From: an uncultured Flavobacteriales bacterium
GTDB taxonomy: Bacteria; Bacteroidota; Bacteroidia; Flavobacteriales_D; CAJJDF01
DNA length: 64,000 bases
Assembly: GCA_938009745.1 (NCBI GenBank)
Contig: CALLII010000003.1
Location: 3,126 to 67,125 of the forward strand
Direction: 5' to 3'
Position numbers and translations under genes: made by a program. Shown piece after piece: positions 28,757-37,124 of the stretch. The notes under the pieces were generated by a model that was not told the DNA's origin, made no database searches, and saw nothing but the letters and a program-made list of their open reading frames with translations. Position 1 is the stretch's first letter. Every line of letters starts with the position of its first letter.

Positions 28757-29308
28757 ATAGCGTTAAGAAACAACAATAGAAACAGGCGGTACGTAAAAAA
28801 AGAAGACCCCCACAAGATTAACGACAAGATTCGTGCAAGAGAAGTACGTCTAGTTGGTGATAATGTTGAACCGCAAGTTGCCTCATTAGAAAAAGCCCTT
28901 AAAATGGCAGATGAGATGGAATTAGATTTAGTAGAGATATCTCCTAAAGCTGATCCACCAGTATGTAAAATAATAGATTACAAGAAATTCTTGTACGATT
29001 CGAAGAAGAAGCAAAAAGCTTTGAAAGCGAAACAAACCAAAGTTGTAATAAAAGAAATACGATTTGGTCCTAACACAGATGAGCATGATTTTAATTTTAA
29101 ATTAAATCACGCAAAAAAATTCCTACAGGAAGGTGCAAAGGTTAAGGCTTTTGTATTCTTTAAAGGAAGAACAATTGTGTTTAAAGAAAGGGGAGAAGTA
29201 CTTTTGCTTAAGTTCGTAGATGAACTAGAAGAGTATGGATTACCAGAAGCCATGCCAAAGATGGAAGGTAAAAAAATGATAGTAAACTTAGTTCCAAAGA
29301 AAAAATAA
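28757..29308 (+). CDS. infC: Translation initiation factor IF-3 (non-AUG start)
   Basis: The frame is open back to the stop at 28742-28744. Sequence upstream of the ORF-track ATG encodes [30 protein letters not shown], the conserved IF-3 N-domain. The only plausible starts are ATA at 28757 or ATT at 28817. Confidence 0.85.
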   Translation: MALRNNNRNRRYVKKEDPHKINDKIRAREVRLVGDNVEPQVASLEKALKMADEMELDLVEISPKADPPVCKIIDYKKFLYDSKKKQKALKAKQTKVVIKEIRFGPNTDEHDFNFKLNHAKKFLQEGAKVKAFVFFKGRTIVFKERGEVLLLKFVDELEEYGLPEAMPKMEGKKMIVNLVPKKK

Positions 29309-29332
29309 ACCATAAAACAAAATTTTAGCATT

Positions 29333-29527
29333 ATGCCAAAAATGAAAACAAAATCAAGTGCCAAGAAAAGATTCAAGGTAACTGGTACAGGAAAACTGAA
29401 AAGAAAGCATGCTTTTAAAAGTCACATTTTGACTAAAAAGGCTCACAAAAGAAAGAAAAACTTAACGAAAGCAACTTTGGTTCATAAATCAGATGTAGCT
29501 AACATTAAGAAACAATTGTGTATCTAA
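29333..29527 (+). CDS. rpmI: 50S ribosomal protein L35
   Basis: [33 protein letters not shown] is canonical L35. Confidence 0.95.
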   Translation: MPKMKTKSSAKKRFKVTGTGKLKRKHAFKSHILTKKAHKRKKNLTKATLVHKSDVANIKKQLCI

Positions 29528-29619
29528 TACACTAAAAAAATCAGGTTCAATTATTAACACCAAGTATTCAGTAAAACAAAGTCTCACAAGAGCACTGACT
29601 ACTAAAAAAAATTAACAAA

Positions 29620-29967
29620 ATGCCAAGAACTACATATAGCGTAGCTTCACGTAAAAGAAGAAAAAAAATCATTAAAGCTGCCAAAGGATACTTTGGTAAG
29701 AGAAAAAATGTTTACACTGTAGCAAAGAATGCAGTGGAAAAAGGAATGGCTTATTCTTACATCCACAGAAAGCAGAAGAAAAGAAACTTCAGAAAACTAT
29801 GGATATTAAGAATAAATGCAGCTGCAAGACTTAACGGAATGAGTTATTCAACCTTTATGGGTGCATATAACAAATCTGGAATGGTTATGAACAGAAAAGT
29901 ATTGGCTGATTTAGCAATGAATCACCCAGAAGCTTTTAAAGCAGTAGTAGATAATTTAAAAAAATAA
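29620..29967 (+). CDS. rplT: 50S ribosomal protein L20
   Basis: [26 protein letters not shown]...RINAAAR is canonical L20. Confidence 0.95.
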   Translation: MPRTTYSVASRKRRKKIIKAAKGYFGKRKNVYTVAKNAVEKGMAYSYIHRKQKKRNFRKLWILRINAAARLNGMSYSTFMGAYNKSGMVMNRKVLADLAMNHPEAFKAVVDNLKK

Positions 29968-30000
29968 GGTGAATTAATTTCTTTGGAACAGAAATTGAAA

Positions 30001-30031
30001 ATCCTCTTGAGTAATCAAGAGGATTTTTTTT
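30001..30031 (+). terminator. Rho-independent terminator of the infC-rpmI-rplT operon
   Basis: Perfect 10-bp stem ATCCTCTTGA/TCAAGAGGAT with loop GTAA, followed by 8 T. Confidence 0.85.
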
Positions 30032-30067
30032 GTTTATTACTTTAGCGTTTAATAGCACGCTATTTTT

Positions 30068-30075
30068 TATCTTTG
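30068..30075 (+). promoter_or_regulatory. Bacteroidota -7 box (TATCTTTG) upstream of the acyltransferase gene
   Basis: Exact TAnnTTTG match. It contains the ORF-track TTG start at 30073, which argues for the ATG at 30085. Confidence 0.45.
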
Positions 30076-30084
30076 ATAACAACT

Positions 30085-30984
30085 ATGGGCTCAAAAATTC
30101 TATACTATTTAATTATTATTCCGCTTTCGGTATTGCCGTATTTTGTGCTGTATGGGATTTCAAATTTTTTGTTTGTGATTTTATATTATGTCTTGGGTTA
30201 TCGTAAAAAGGTAATTGTAAAGAACATATATAGTTCTTTTCCAGATAAATCTGAAAAAGAGAAAAAAACTATAGTCCGAAAATTTTATCTTCATTTTACT
30301 GATTTAATAGTAGAGTCTATTAAAAATTTCACTGTTTCTGAAAAACAGATAAAGAAAAGAGTTAAATTTTTGAATGTTGAACTAATAGACGCTATTTACG
30401 ATAAAGGAAAATCTATTGTTACAGTTGGTGGGCACTATGGAAACTGGGAAATGTTTGCAGTTGCAGCAGGTAATGTCTCAAAACACGAACAATATGGTAT
30501 TTATAAACCATTAAAGAATAAATTTTTTGATGCTAAAATCGTATCAACAAGAGGTGCTTATGGAATGAATATGATTTCCATGAAAGAAACTAAGACTTAT
30601 TTTCTAAAAGAAAACAAAAATCCAATCTCAATAATTTTTGGATCAGATCAATGGCCTTCTAATCCACAGGGTGCTCATTGGACAACATTTTTGGGCAAAA
30701 GAACTCCTTTCTTATATGGAGTAGAAAAATATGCCAAAGAGTTTAACTGGACAGTAGTTTATTGCGAAATAATTAGGGAAAAGAGAGGACGGTTTGCTAT
30801 AAAATATCATGAACTTACTGAAGACCCTGCATCTTTGGAAAAAGGTGAAATGATGCAACTATTTGTAGATAAATTGGAAAAAACGATTTATAACGACCCG
30901 GCATATTGGCTTTGGTCACACAACAGATGGAAACAAAGTGAAGAAGAGGTTTTTCCAGAAAAACAAAAAGGAGTAGATGAATAA
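30085..30984 (+). CDS. Lysophospholipid/lipid A-type acyltransferase (LpxL/HtrB-like family)
   Basis: N-terminal membrane helix and the family pattern GGHYGNWE (the HX4D/E-type box region). Confidence 0.75.
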   Translation: MGSKILYYLIIIPLSVLPYFVLYGISNFLFVILYYVLGYRKKVIVKNIYSSFPDKSEKEKKTIVRKFYLHFTDLIVESIKNFTVSEKQIKKRVKFLNVELIDAIYDKGKSIVTVGGHYGNWEMFAVAAGNVSKHEQYGIYKPLKNKFFDAKIVSTRGAYGMNMISMKETKTYFLKENKNPISIIFGSDQWPSNPQGAHWTTFLGKRTPFLYGVEKYAKEFNWTVVYCEIIREKRGRFAIKYHELTEDPASLEKGEMMQLFVDKLEKTIYNDPAYWLWSHNRWKQSEEEVFPEKQKGVDE

Positions 30985-32254
30985 GATCCCACTTGCCGAA
31001 AGACTTCGTCCTACTTCTCTGGATACCTATATGGGTCAAGAGCAACTTGTTGGCGAAGGTGCATCTTTGCGTAAAGCAATAGATTCTGGATTTATTCCAT
31101 CTCTTATTCTTTGGGGCCCACCAGGAGTTGGTAAAACTACTTTGGCTAATATTATTGCCAATGAACTCAAAAGACCTTTTTATACGCTCAGTGCTATTAA
31201 TTCTGGGGTTAAGGATATACGTGACATAATTAATAAAGTAAAAAATCAAGGTATGTTTGGTGGTAGTAATGCCATTATGTTCATAGATGAAATTCACAGA
31301 TTTAGTAAATCTCAGCAAGATTCATTGTTAGGAGCTGTAGAAAAAGGAATTATTACTTTAATTGGTGCTACTACCGAGAATCCCTCGTTTGAGGTTATAC
31401 CTGCATTATTATCCAGAAGTCAGGTATATGTTTTGGAACATTTTTCTAAAAAAAATCTAGATGATTTGATAAAAAAAGCTGTTACTGAAGATGTAGTTCT
31501 ATCAAAAAAAGACATTGAAGTAATAGAAACTGATGCTTTAATTGGTTTGTCTGGAGGTGATGCACGTAAGTTATTAAACTTATTAGAATTAGTAATTAAT
31601 AGTGCGGGAGAAGGAAAAATTAAAATGGATAATGAGCTTGTATCTAGTTTGATAAAGAATAAAACTATTCTTTATGATAAATCTGGTGAACAGCATTATG
31701 ATGTGATTTCAGCATTTATTAAGTCAATAAGAGGAAGTGACCCCAATGCGGCTTTGTATTATTTAGCTCGAATGATTGAAGGGGGAGAAGATGCTAAATT
31801 TATTGCTCGTAGGCTTTTGATTTTGTCTTCTGAGGATATAGGTAATGCCAATCCAACAGCACTTATTATGGCAAATAATTGCTTTCAGGCTGTTAATATT
31901 ATCGGATTTCCTGAGTCTAGAATAATCTTATCTCAATGTGTAACTTATTTAGCTTGTTCAGCTAAAAGTAATGCTAGTTATTTGGCAATTACTGACGCTC
32001 AAAAATTAGTTACTGATACTGGGAACTTGCCTGTGCCTCTGCATTTAAGAAATGCACCTACTAAATTAATGAAGGAGTTGAATTATGGAGCTAATTATAA
32101 ATATGCTCACAATCACGAAGGGAATTTTGTAAATCAAGAGTTTTTTCCAGAAGAAATATCTGGAACAAAACTATTTGAACCTGGTAATAATACCAGAGAA
32201 AATGAAATGAGAAAAAACTTAAGAGCTACTTGGAAAGAGAGATACGGGTATTAA
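30977..32254 (+). CDS. rarA: Replication-associated recombination protein A (MgsA/RarA AAA+ ATPase)
   Basis: LAERLRP..L....GQ, Walker A GPPGVGKTT, Walker B FIDEIHRF and the MgsA C-domain (HYDVISAFIKSIRGSDPNAALYYLARM). Confidence 0.95.
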   Translation: MNKIPLAERLRPTSLDTYMGQEQLVGEGASLRKAIDSGFIPSLILWGPPGVGKTTLANIIANELKRPFYTLSAINSGVKDIRDIINKVKNQGMFGGSNAIMFIDEIHRFSKSQQDSLLGAVEKGIITLIGATTENPSFEVIPALLSRSQVYVLEHFSKKNLDDLIKKAVTEDVVLSKKDIEVIETDALIGLSGGDARKLLNLLELVINSAGEGKIKMDNELVSSLIKNKTILYDKSGEQHYDVISAFIKSIRGSDPNAALYYLARMIEGGEDAKFIARRLLILSSEDIGNANPTALIMANNCFQAVNIIGFPESRIILSQCVTYLACSAKSNASYLAITDAQKLVTDTGNLPVPLHLRNAPTKLMKELNYGANYKYAHNHEGNFVNQEFFPEEISGTKLFEPGNNTRENEMRKNLRATWKERYGY

Positions 32255-32604
32255 TGATTACAAATTCCTTTGATCTTAAAATCTCCAGATTGAATTTTTG
32301 ATTCACCATTTCTTACCTCATAAGTATAGGTTCCTTTTTTGAATACCGATACATTAATTAAGTTGTATGAAACGTTAGTTTCAAAATCCATTACTGTTTT
32401 TCCGTTTTTATCTTTTATTAATATGGTATAAAAGCTCTCTAACTCCTCTTTTTTGGAGTCCAAATTTATTTCAATAGTCTTGTTTTCAGAATCAAAGAAA
32501 ATAGTTGCTATTACGTTTTCAGCATCATTATTTGACACAAAATTAGTAGCGTTAGCAAAGTTAATACAAGTTAAAATTAGTAAGGATAAGAATATGTTTT
32601 TCAT
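32251..32604 (-). CDS. Hypothetical small secreted beta-rich protein
   Basis: Signal peptide MKNIFLSLLILTCINFANA, 117 aa. I recognise no family. Confidence 0.5.
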   Translation of the reverse strand: MKNIFLSLLILTCINFANATNFVSNNDAENVIATIFFDSENKTIEINLDSKKEELESFYTILIKDKNGKTVMDFETNVSYNLINVSVFKKGTYTYEVRNGESKIQSGDFKIKGICNH

Positions 32605-32711
32605 AAATGTAGTTTCTCGGTTTCATATATACCTACGCTTCAAATTGAATAATGTTACCCAGAAACTACAGCTACTATTTTAAATGCATATTATCTTTAT
32701 TTAGAGGTAAA

Positions 32712-34061
32712 TTATGAGATTAATTCTTTTGAATTTTCTTCTTCATCTTTACCTATTTTGATGTCATACCAATCAATTTTTCTAGAGAAGTACATGACAA
32801 ATGCAAGGATTACAAATACACCTACACTCCCTATAAGCAATGCATAATCTTGAACTTGAATGATAGTAAATATGAAAGTATAAAGAATTGTTAAAAGGCC
32901 AAAAGTAAGGACTCCAATTTCTTTCGATTTTACACTTGTTGAGATATAAAATGTGATAAGTGCTAGTGTGAGAATAGCAGAAATAATATACGCTAAGTTA
33001 AAAGAGATATGCTCACTAAAAGCGAGTAACAATGAATAGAAAACTACAATTGCGATACCAACTAATAAATACTGAATTGGGTGTATGAAAACTTTCTTTA
33101 GCATTTCAACAAAGAAAAATACCATAAATGTTAATACTAAGAACAAAATCGCGTAACGAGCTACTCGATATGATTTTTGATAATTATCAACAGGTATAAT
33201 AAGATCTGCTCCAAATAAACTGTTGCTAATGCTATGCTTGTTTCCAATCCAACTTTGAGGGAAGTTTCGGTTTAAATGAATAATATTCCAGTGCGCTTTA
33301 TAACCTCCCTTGGCTAATAATTCGCTGGTGTCTGGAACGAAGTTGCCACCAAAACTTCTTTCGTTCCAATCAGAAGTAAGAACTAAATCAGTTGTTTTTC
33401 CTAATGGTGTAAAGTAAATCGCTTGACTTCCTTTAAGCCCTAGTTTCAATGAAAATTTGTAAGTATTAGAATCCATAGTTACAGGGATTTCGGCATTTAT
33501 TCCATTGTAAACTAAATCATTGGTACTTGTTCCAGATTTAAATAGAGTAGAGGTTGTATCCCATTTTAGTTCTATTTGGTTTTCAATTCCTTTTAGGTCT
33601 GTGATTCCAATATTAAGAGTTGCATTTTCCCACAAAATATCTTCTTCTGGAATATTATGTTGCTTAATATCCAGCTTAGCAAACGAACCATTAATGTCTA
33701 ATTCCGAATCGTAAACTACAATTTCATAGATACCTCTTTTTCGTTTTTCATTTTTAACATCACCAGTTATGTTTAGGGTTTCGGGCATATAATACAAGTA
33801 GTCTTTTATTTTTACTAGCTTATATTCTTTAGTTTGCTCCGAAAATTGTTTAACGTATTTATAATACGGAATAGAAATATAAGGTCCAGAAATAGTTTGG
33901 CTTTTTGCCCATTTTTCGCTCACTTCATTTATAGCCGACTGGTGAGTACTTTCTCTTTCATGGATAAGAGATTGAACCATTACGGCAGGAATCAGTAATA
34001 CTAAGATTAGAACGAAGATGATACCAATTTTAAAAAAGATGTTGTGTTTTAAGTTTTTCAT
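32712..34061 (-). CDS. creD: Cell envelope integrity protein CreD
   Basis: N-terminal TM helix, a large periplasmic domain and a C-terminal cluster of about 5 TM helices. The N-terminus IPAVMVQSLIHERES is typical of CreD. Confidence 0.8.
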   Translation of the reverse strand: MKNLKHNIFFKIGIIFVLILVLLIPAVMVQSLIHERESTHQSAINEVSEKWAKSQTISGPYISIPYYKYVKQFSEQTKEYKLVKIKDYLYYMPETLNITGDVKNEKRKRGIYEIVVYDSELDINGSFAKLDIKQHNIPEEDILWENATLNIGITDLKGIENQIELKWDTTSTLFKSGTSTNDLVYNGINAEIPVTMDSNTYKFSLKLGLKGSQAIYFTPLGKTTDLVLTSDWNERSFGGNFVPDTSELLAKGGYKAHWNIIHLNRNFPQSWIGNKHSISNSLFGADLIIPVDNYQKSYRVARYAILFLVLTFMVFFFVEMLKKVFIHPIQYLLVGIAIVVFYSLLLAFSEHISFNLAYIISAILTLALITFYISTSVKSKEIGVLTFGLLTILYTFIFTIIQVQDYALLIGSVGVFVILAFVMYFSRKIDWYDIKIGKDEEENSKELIS

Positions 34062-34218
34062 AGGGGAATAATTTTTTGTTTTAGCTTAAACTAAAGGCTT
34101 TCGTATATATTCTGAGTCTCATGTTAAAAAAGGTTAACACAATTAATTAACTGAGATTAATGAATTTTAACTAAGTTTATATGAGTTTAAGTTATAGAAT
34201 TTGAATGAAATAGCTACC

Positions 34219-35487
34219 ATGACAGAAGATTATTTACACTATATCTGGAAATACAAATTGTTCGATTCTAACGAATTGATTACTATTGGTGGCGATAAAT
34301 TAGAGATTGTAAATTTTGGAATTCACAATCATGATTCAGGACCTGATTTTTCTGAAGGGAAAGTAAAAATTGGAGATACTTTATGGGCTGGAAATATTGA
34401 AATTCACATTAATTCTGGTGATTGGATTAAGCACAATCATCAAACTGATAAAGCCTATGACTCGGTTATATTGCATGTGGTTTATAAGTATGATAAAGAA
34501 ATTAAAACTACTTCTGGAGCTATTATTCCTACTTTAGAATTAAAAAACAGGCTTAATTATTCGGAATTTGAAAATTACTCTAGGTTTATTTTTAATCCTA
34601 TTCCTTGCTTACAATCGCTAGATAAAGTTCCTGAAATAACAATTAGTTCGCATCTTAATCAAATGATAGTTGAGCGACTAGAGATGAAGACTGAGCATAT
34701 TAAAGATCAACTTGAAACTTTAAACTACGATTGGGAACAAGTTTTCTTTCAACAATTTGCAAAAAGCTTAGGAATGAAAGTAAATGCTTTTGGAATGGAA
34801 GAAATGGCAAAGAATATTCCTTGTAAATTATTTACAAAACTAGGAAATAATCATTTAGCTATTGAAAGCTTACTATTTGGACAAGCTGGATTTTTAGAAG
34901 AAGAGATTATAGGAAATGAATATCATAAATCGCTAAGTAATGAATATCAGTTTCATCAACAAAAAAACTCACTAACTCCCATAAACAGTCAATTCTGGAA
35001 GTTTTCTAAAATGCGCCCATCCAATTTCCCAACTTTAAGGTTAGCTCAACTAGGACAAATGCTAAAAAACAATGATTCTTTGTTTAGTAGCTTTATCAAA
35101 AAAGATATTTCTTATAAAGAAATAGTTCCAAAACTAGGAATAGAGATAAATTCAGGATTTTGGCATACTCATTATACCTTTGAAAATGAAAGTAAACCAA
35201 TAAAGAAATCTATAGGTAAAACCCTTATTAATTCTATTATCATAAATACTATAGCTCCGTTTATGTATTTATATGGGAGTTATAAAGACGATTTAGATTA
35301 CAAAGAAAAAGCTCTTGATATTTTGGAGGAACTTCCTGCGGAGGATAATAAAATCACCAGATTATTCACAGATAAAATAGGTTTAGATTCTGCATTGCAA
35401 ACCCAAGGAATAATTCATTGTCATAACTATTACTGCATAAAAAAAAGATGTTTAGATTGCGGTATTGGAATCCATCTTTTAAAATAA
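34219..35487 (+). CDS. DUF2851 family protein
   Basis: MTEDYLHYIWKYKLF is the family-typical N-terminus, and the C-terminus has the CLDCGIG motif. The start is moved from TTG 34201 to ATG 34219. Confidence 0.85.
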   Translation: MTEDYLHYIWKYKLFDSNELITIGGDKLEIVNFGIHNHDSGPDFSEGKVKIGDTLWAGNIEIHINSGDWIKHNHQTDKAYDSVILHVVYKYDKEIKTTSGAIIPTLELKNRLNYSEFENYSRFIFNPIPCLQSLDKVPEITISSHLNQMIVERLEMKTEHIKDQLETLNYDWEQVFFQQFAKSLGMKVNAFGMEEMAKNIPCKLFTKLGNNHLAIESLLFGQAGFLEEEIIGNEYHKSLSNEYQFHQQKNSLTPINSQFWKFSKMRPSNFPTLRLAQLGQMLKNNDSLFSSFIKKDISYKEIVPKLGIEINSGFWHTHYTFENESKPIKKSIGKTLINSIIINTIAPFMYLYGSYKDDLDYKEKALDILEELPAEDNKITRLFTDKIGLDSALQTQGIIHCHNYYCIKKRCLDCGIGIHLLK

Positions 35488-35582
35488 TTCATAATTTTTC
35501 CACCCCAATTCAAAATGACTTACGTAAATAAGGACATAAGAAACAAATTATTAATTAAAATCAATATTAAAAACAAATAGCC

Positions 35583-36509
35583 ATGAAAAAAATTTTACTA
35601 ATCTCAGCTTTTCTATTCTCAGCATCTATGATGTTCGGGCAATTTACAATTAATTACAATGGAAACGTGACTAGTACCACTGGTCCCTTAATGATGTACT
35701 TGGAAGTAGACAGTGTGATTATTGATTCAGTATTAACAATTTCAACAACAGGTACTTACCAGGCATCTAAAAATGTTACTACAAGACCTTTTATGATAAG
35801 AATATTATTTTATAATTGCCATGGAACACAAATAGCAGATTGGAATTCACCTACACCAGGTGTAACAACTTATAATATAACATTTATAACTATGGACTAT
35901 TGTCCTGCTTTACCCTGTAATGCTTCTTTCACTAAATTTCAGGCAGTAGATCCTATTACTAGTTTACCAATTCCTAATGAAGTTGTTTTGGTAGATAACT
36001 CTACAGGAACAGGCTTAGCATATTCGTGGGATTTTGGTGATGGATCAGCTCCACAAGCAGGATTAAATGTTAGGCACACTTACAGTACTCACGGAAGTTA
36101 CAATGTTTGTTTAACTGTAACTTCAGGGACAGGAACAGGACTTTGTACAAGTACATACTGTGATACGTTAACTGTAGATTCTACTGGTAATGTAAGATCA
36201 TCATTTACTGTTAATACTGGAAATTCGGCATTATCAATAGAAGAGAATTCAACTATTAATAGCCTTAAACTATTTCCTAACCCAGCTAATGAGTTCGCAA
36301 TAATAGAATTTGAATCGGCAAACAACACCAATTTATCGATAAAAGTAATTGATATGAAAGGAGCTGAAATTCAGGTCGTGAATCAAAGTGTATTCTCGGG
36401 AAATAACAGAATACAGCTGAATACAAGTAACTTAAACGAAGGAATGTATGTAGTTCAGTTACAAGATGGAGCAAGTGTAGTAACAAAACGTATGCAGATT
36501 GTTAAATAA
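35583..36509 (+). CDS. PKD domain protein with a type A T9SS sorting domain
   Basis: PKD motif YSWDFGDGS...HTYSTHGSYNVCLTV. The CTD is LKLFPNPANEFAIIEF...GMYVVQLQDGASVVTKRMQIVK. Confidence 0.85.
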   Translation: MKKILLISAFLFSASMMFGQFTINYNGNVTSTTGPLMMYLEVDSVIIDSVLTISTTGTYQASKNVTTRPFMIRILFYNCHGTQIADWNSPTPGVTTYNITFITMDYCPALPCNASFTKFQAVDPITSLPIPNEVVLVDNSTGTGLAYSWDFGDGSAPQAGLNVRHTYSTHGSYNVCLTVTSGTGTGLCTSTYCDTLTVDSTGNVRSSFTVNTGNSALSIEENSTINSLKLFPNPANEFAIIEFESANNTNLSIKVIDMKGAEIQVVNQSVFSGNNRIQLNTSNLNEGMYVVQLQDGASVVTKRMQIVK

Positions 36510-36532
36510 CAAAACAGTTTAATATTTATTTA

Positions 36533-36570
36533 CTAGCCGTGCTTTTTATTAAAGCATGGCTAGTTTATTT
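36533..36570 (+). terminator. Rho-independent terminator after the PKD/T9SS gene
   Basis: 13-bp stem CTAGCCGTGCTTT/AAAGCATGGCTAG (one G-U pair) with loop TTATT, followed by TTTATTT. Confidence 0.65.
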
Positions 36571-36578
36571 CATAGAAT

Positions 36579-37124
36579 TTGAAACTTGACAAGAAAACTA
36601 TAAAGAAAATTCAAAAAAGAGACCGTAGATCTGAATTGGAATTATACAAAAAGTGTTTTCAATATTGGATGCGAGTGGCTATGAAATATTTTACAAATGA
36701 ATCAGAGGCCGCACATTGTGTAAATGATTCGTTTATTAAAATGTGTGACAGTATTGATAGGTATAACAATGAATTCAGTTTTATAACTTGGTCGAGAACT
36801 ATTGTGACCAGAACAGTACTTGACGAATTAAGAAAGACAAAAAAATACAAGGAATCGATTTTGATAACTGATGAAATAGAAAATTTGGAAACAGGAAATG
36901 AAGAATTACAAGAGGATATAGTTATTGATAAAGAACAAATTGTGGCTGCAATGGATAAATTACCAAATGCAACCAAAAATGTAGTAAAAATGTACCTTTT
37001 GGAAGGACATAATCACGAAGATATTTCGGAGGTGTTAAACATATCAACCGAAACTTCTAAATGGCATTTGAAAACTGGGAAAAAGAAATTAAAGGAATTA
37101 TTACCCAAGTATAACAACCAATGA
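36579..37124 (+). CDS. RNA polymerase ECF-type sigma-70 family factor
   Basis: Region 2 (ELYKKCFQYWMRVAMKYF...FITWSRTIVTRTVLDELRK) and region 4 HTH (NHEDISEVLNISTETSKWHLKTGKKKLKE). It needs the TTG start because the conserved N-terminus precedes the first ATG. Confidence 0.8.
   Translation: MKLDKKTIKKIQKRDRRSELELYKKCFQYWMRVAMKYFTNESEAAHCVNDSFIKMCDSIDRYNNEFSFITWSRTIVTRTVLDELRKTKKYKESILITDEIENLETGNEELQEDIVIDKEQIVAAMDKLPNATKNVVKMYLLEGHNHEDISEVLNISTETSKWHLKTGKKKLKELLPKYNNQ

Noticed and set aside
28904-29308. ORF-track version of infC starting at the ATG at 28904 (134 aa).
   Set aside because: The in-frame upstream sequence encodes the conserved IF-3 N-terminal domain with no intervening stop, so the ATG is internal. 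The gene is re-called from 28757 with a non-AUG start.
29528-29619. 92-nt spacer between rpmI and rplT, considered as a possible L20-responsive leader.
   Set aside because: I could find only a weak 6-bp bulged hairpin (AGTCTCACAAGAGCACT). This is not enough to claim a structured element without covariation analysis.
30815-31318. 167-aa minus-strand ORF antisense to the acyltransferase/rarA junction.
   Set aside because: The sense strand carries unmistakable RarA motifs (Walker A/B). The antisense product has no recognisable motifs, so it is best explained as a chance open frame.
34194-34205. The 12-mer ATAGAATTTGAA occurs at both 34194-34205 and 36572-36583, each time containing the ORF-track TTG start (DUF2851 gene and sigma gene).
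   Set aside because: By a rough estimate, identical 12-mers are expected many times by chance in 64 kb of AT-rich DNA. The motif is one base off the TAnnTTTG consensus. For the sigma gene, conserved coding sequence begins at that TTG, which conflicts with a promoter role.
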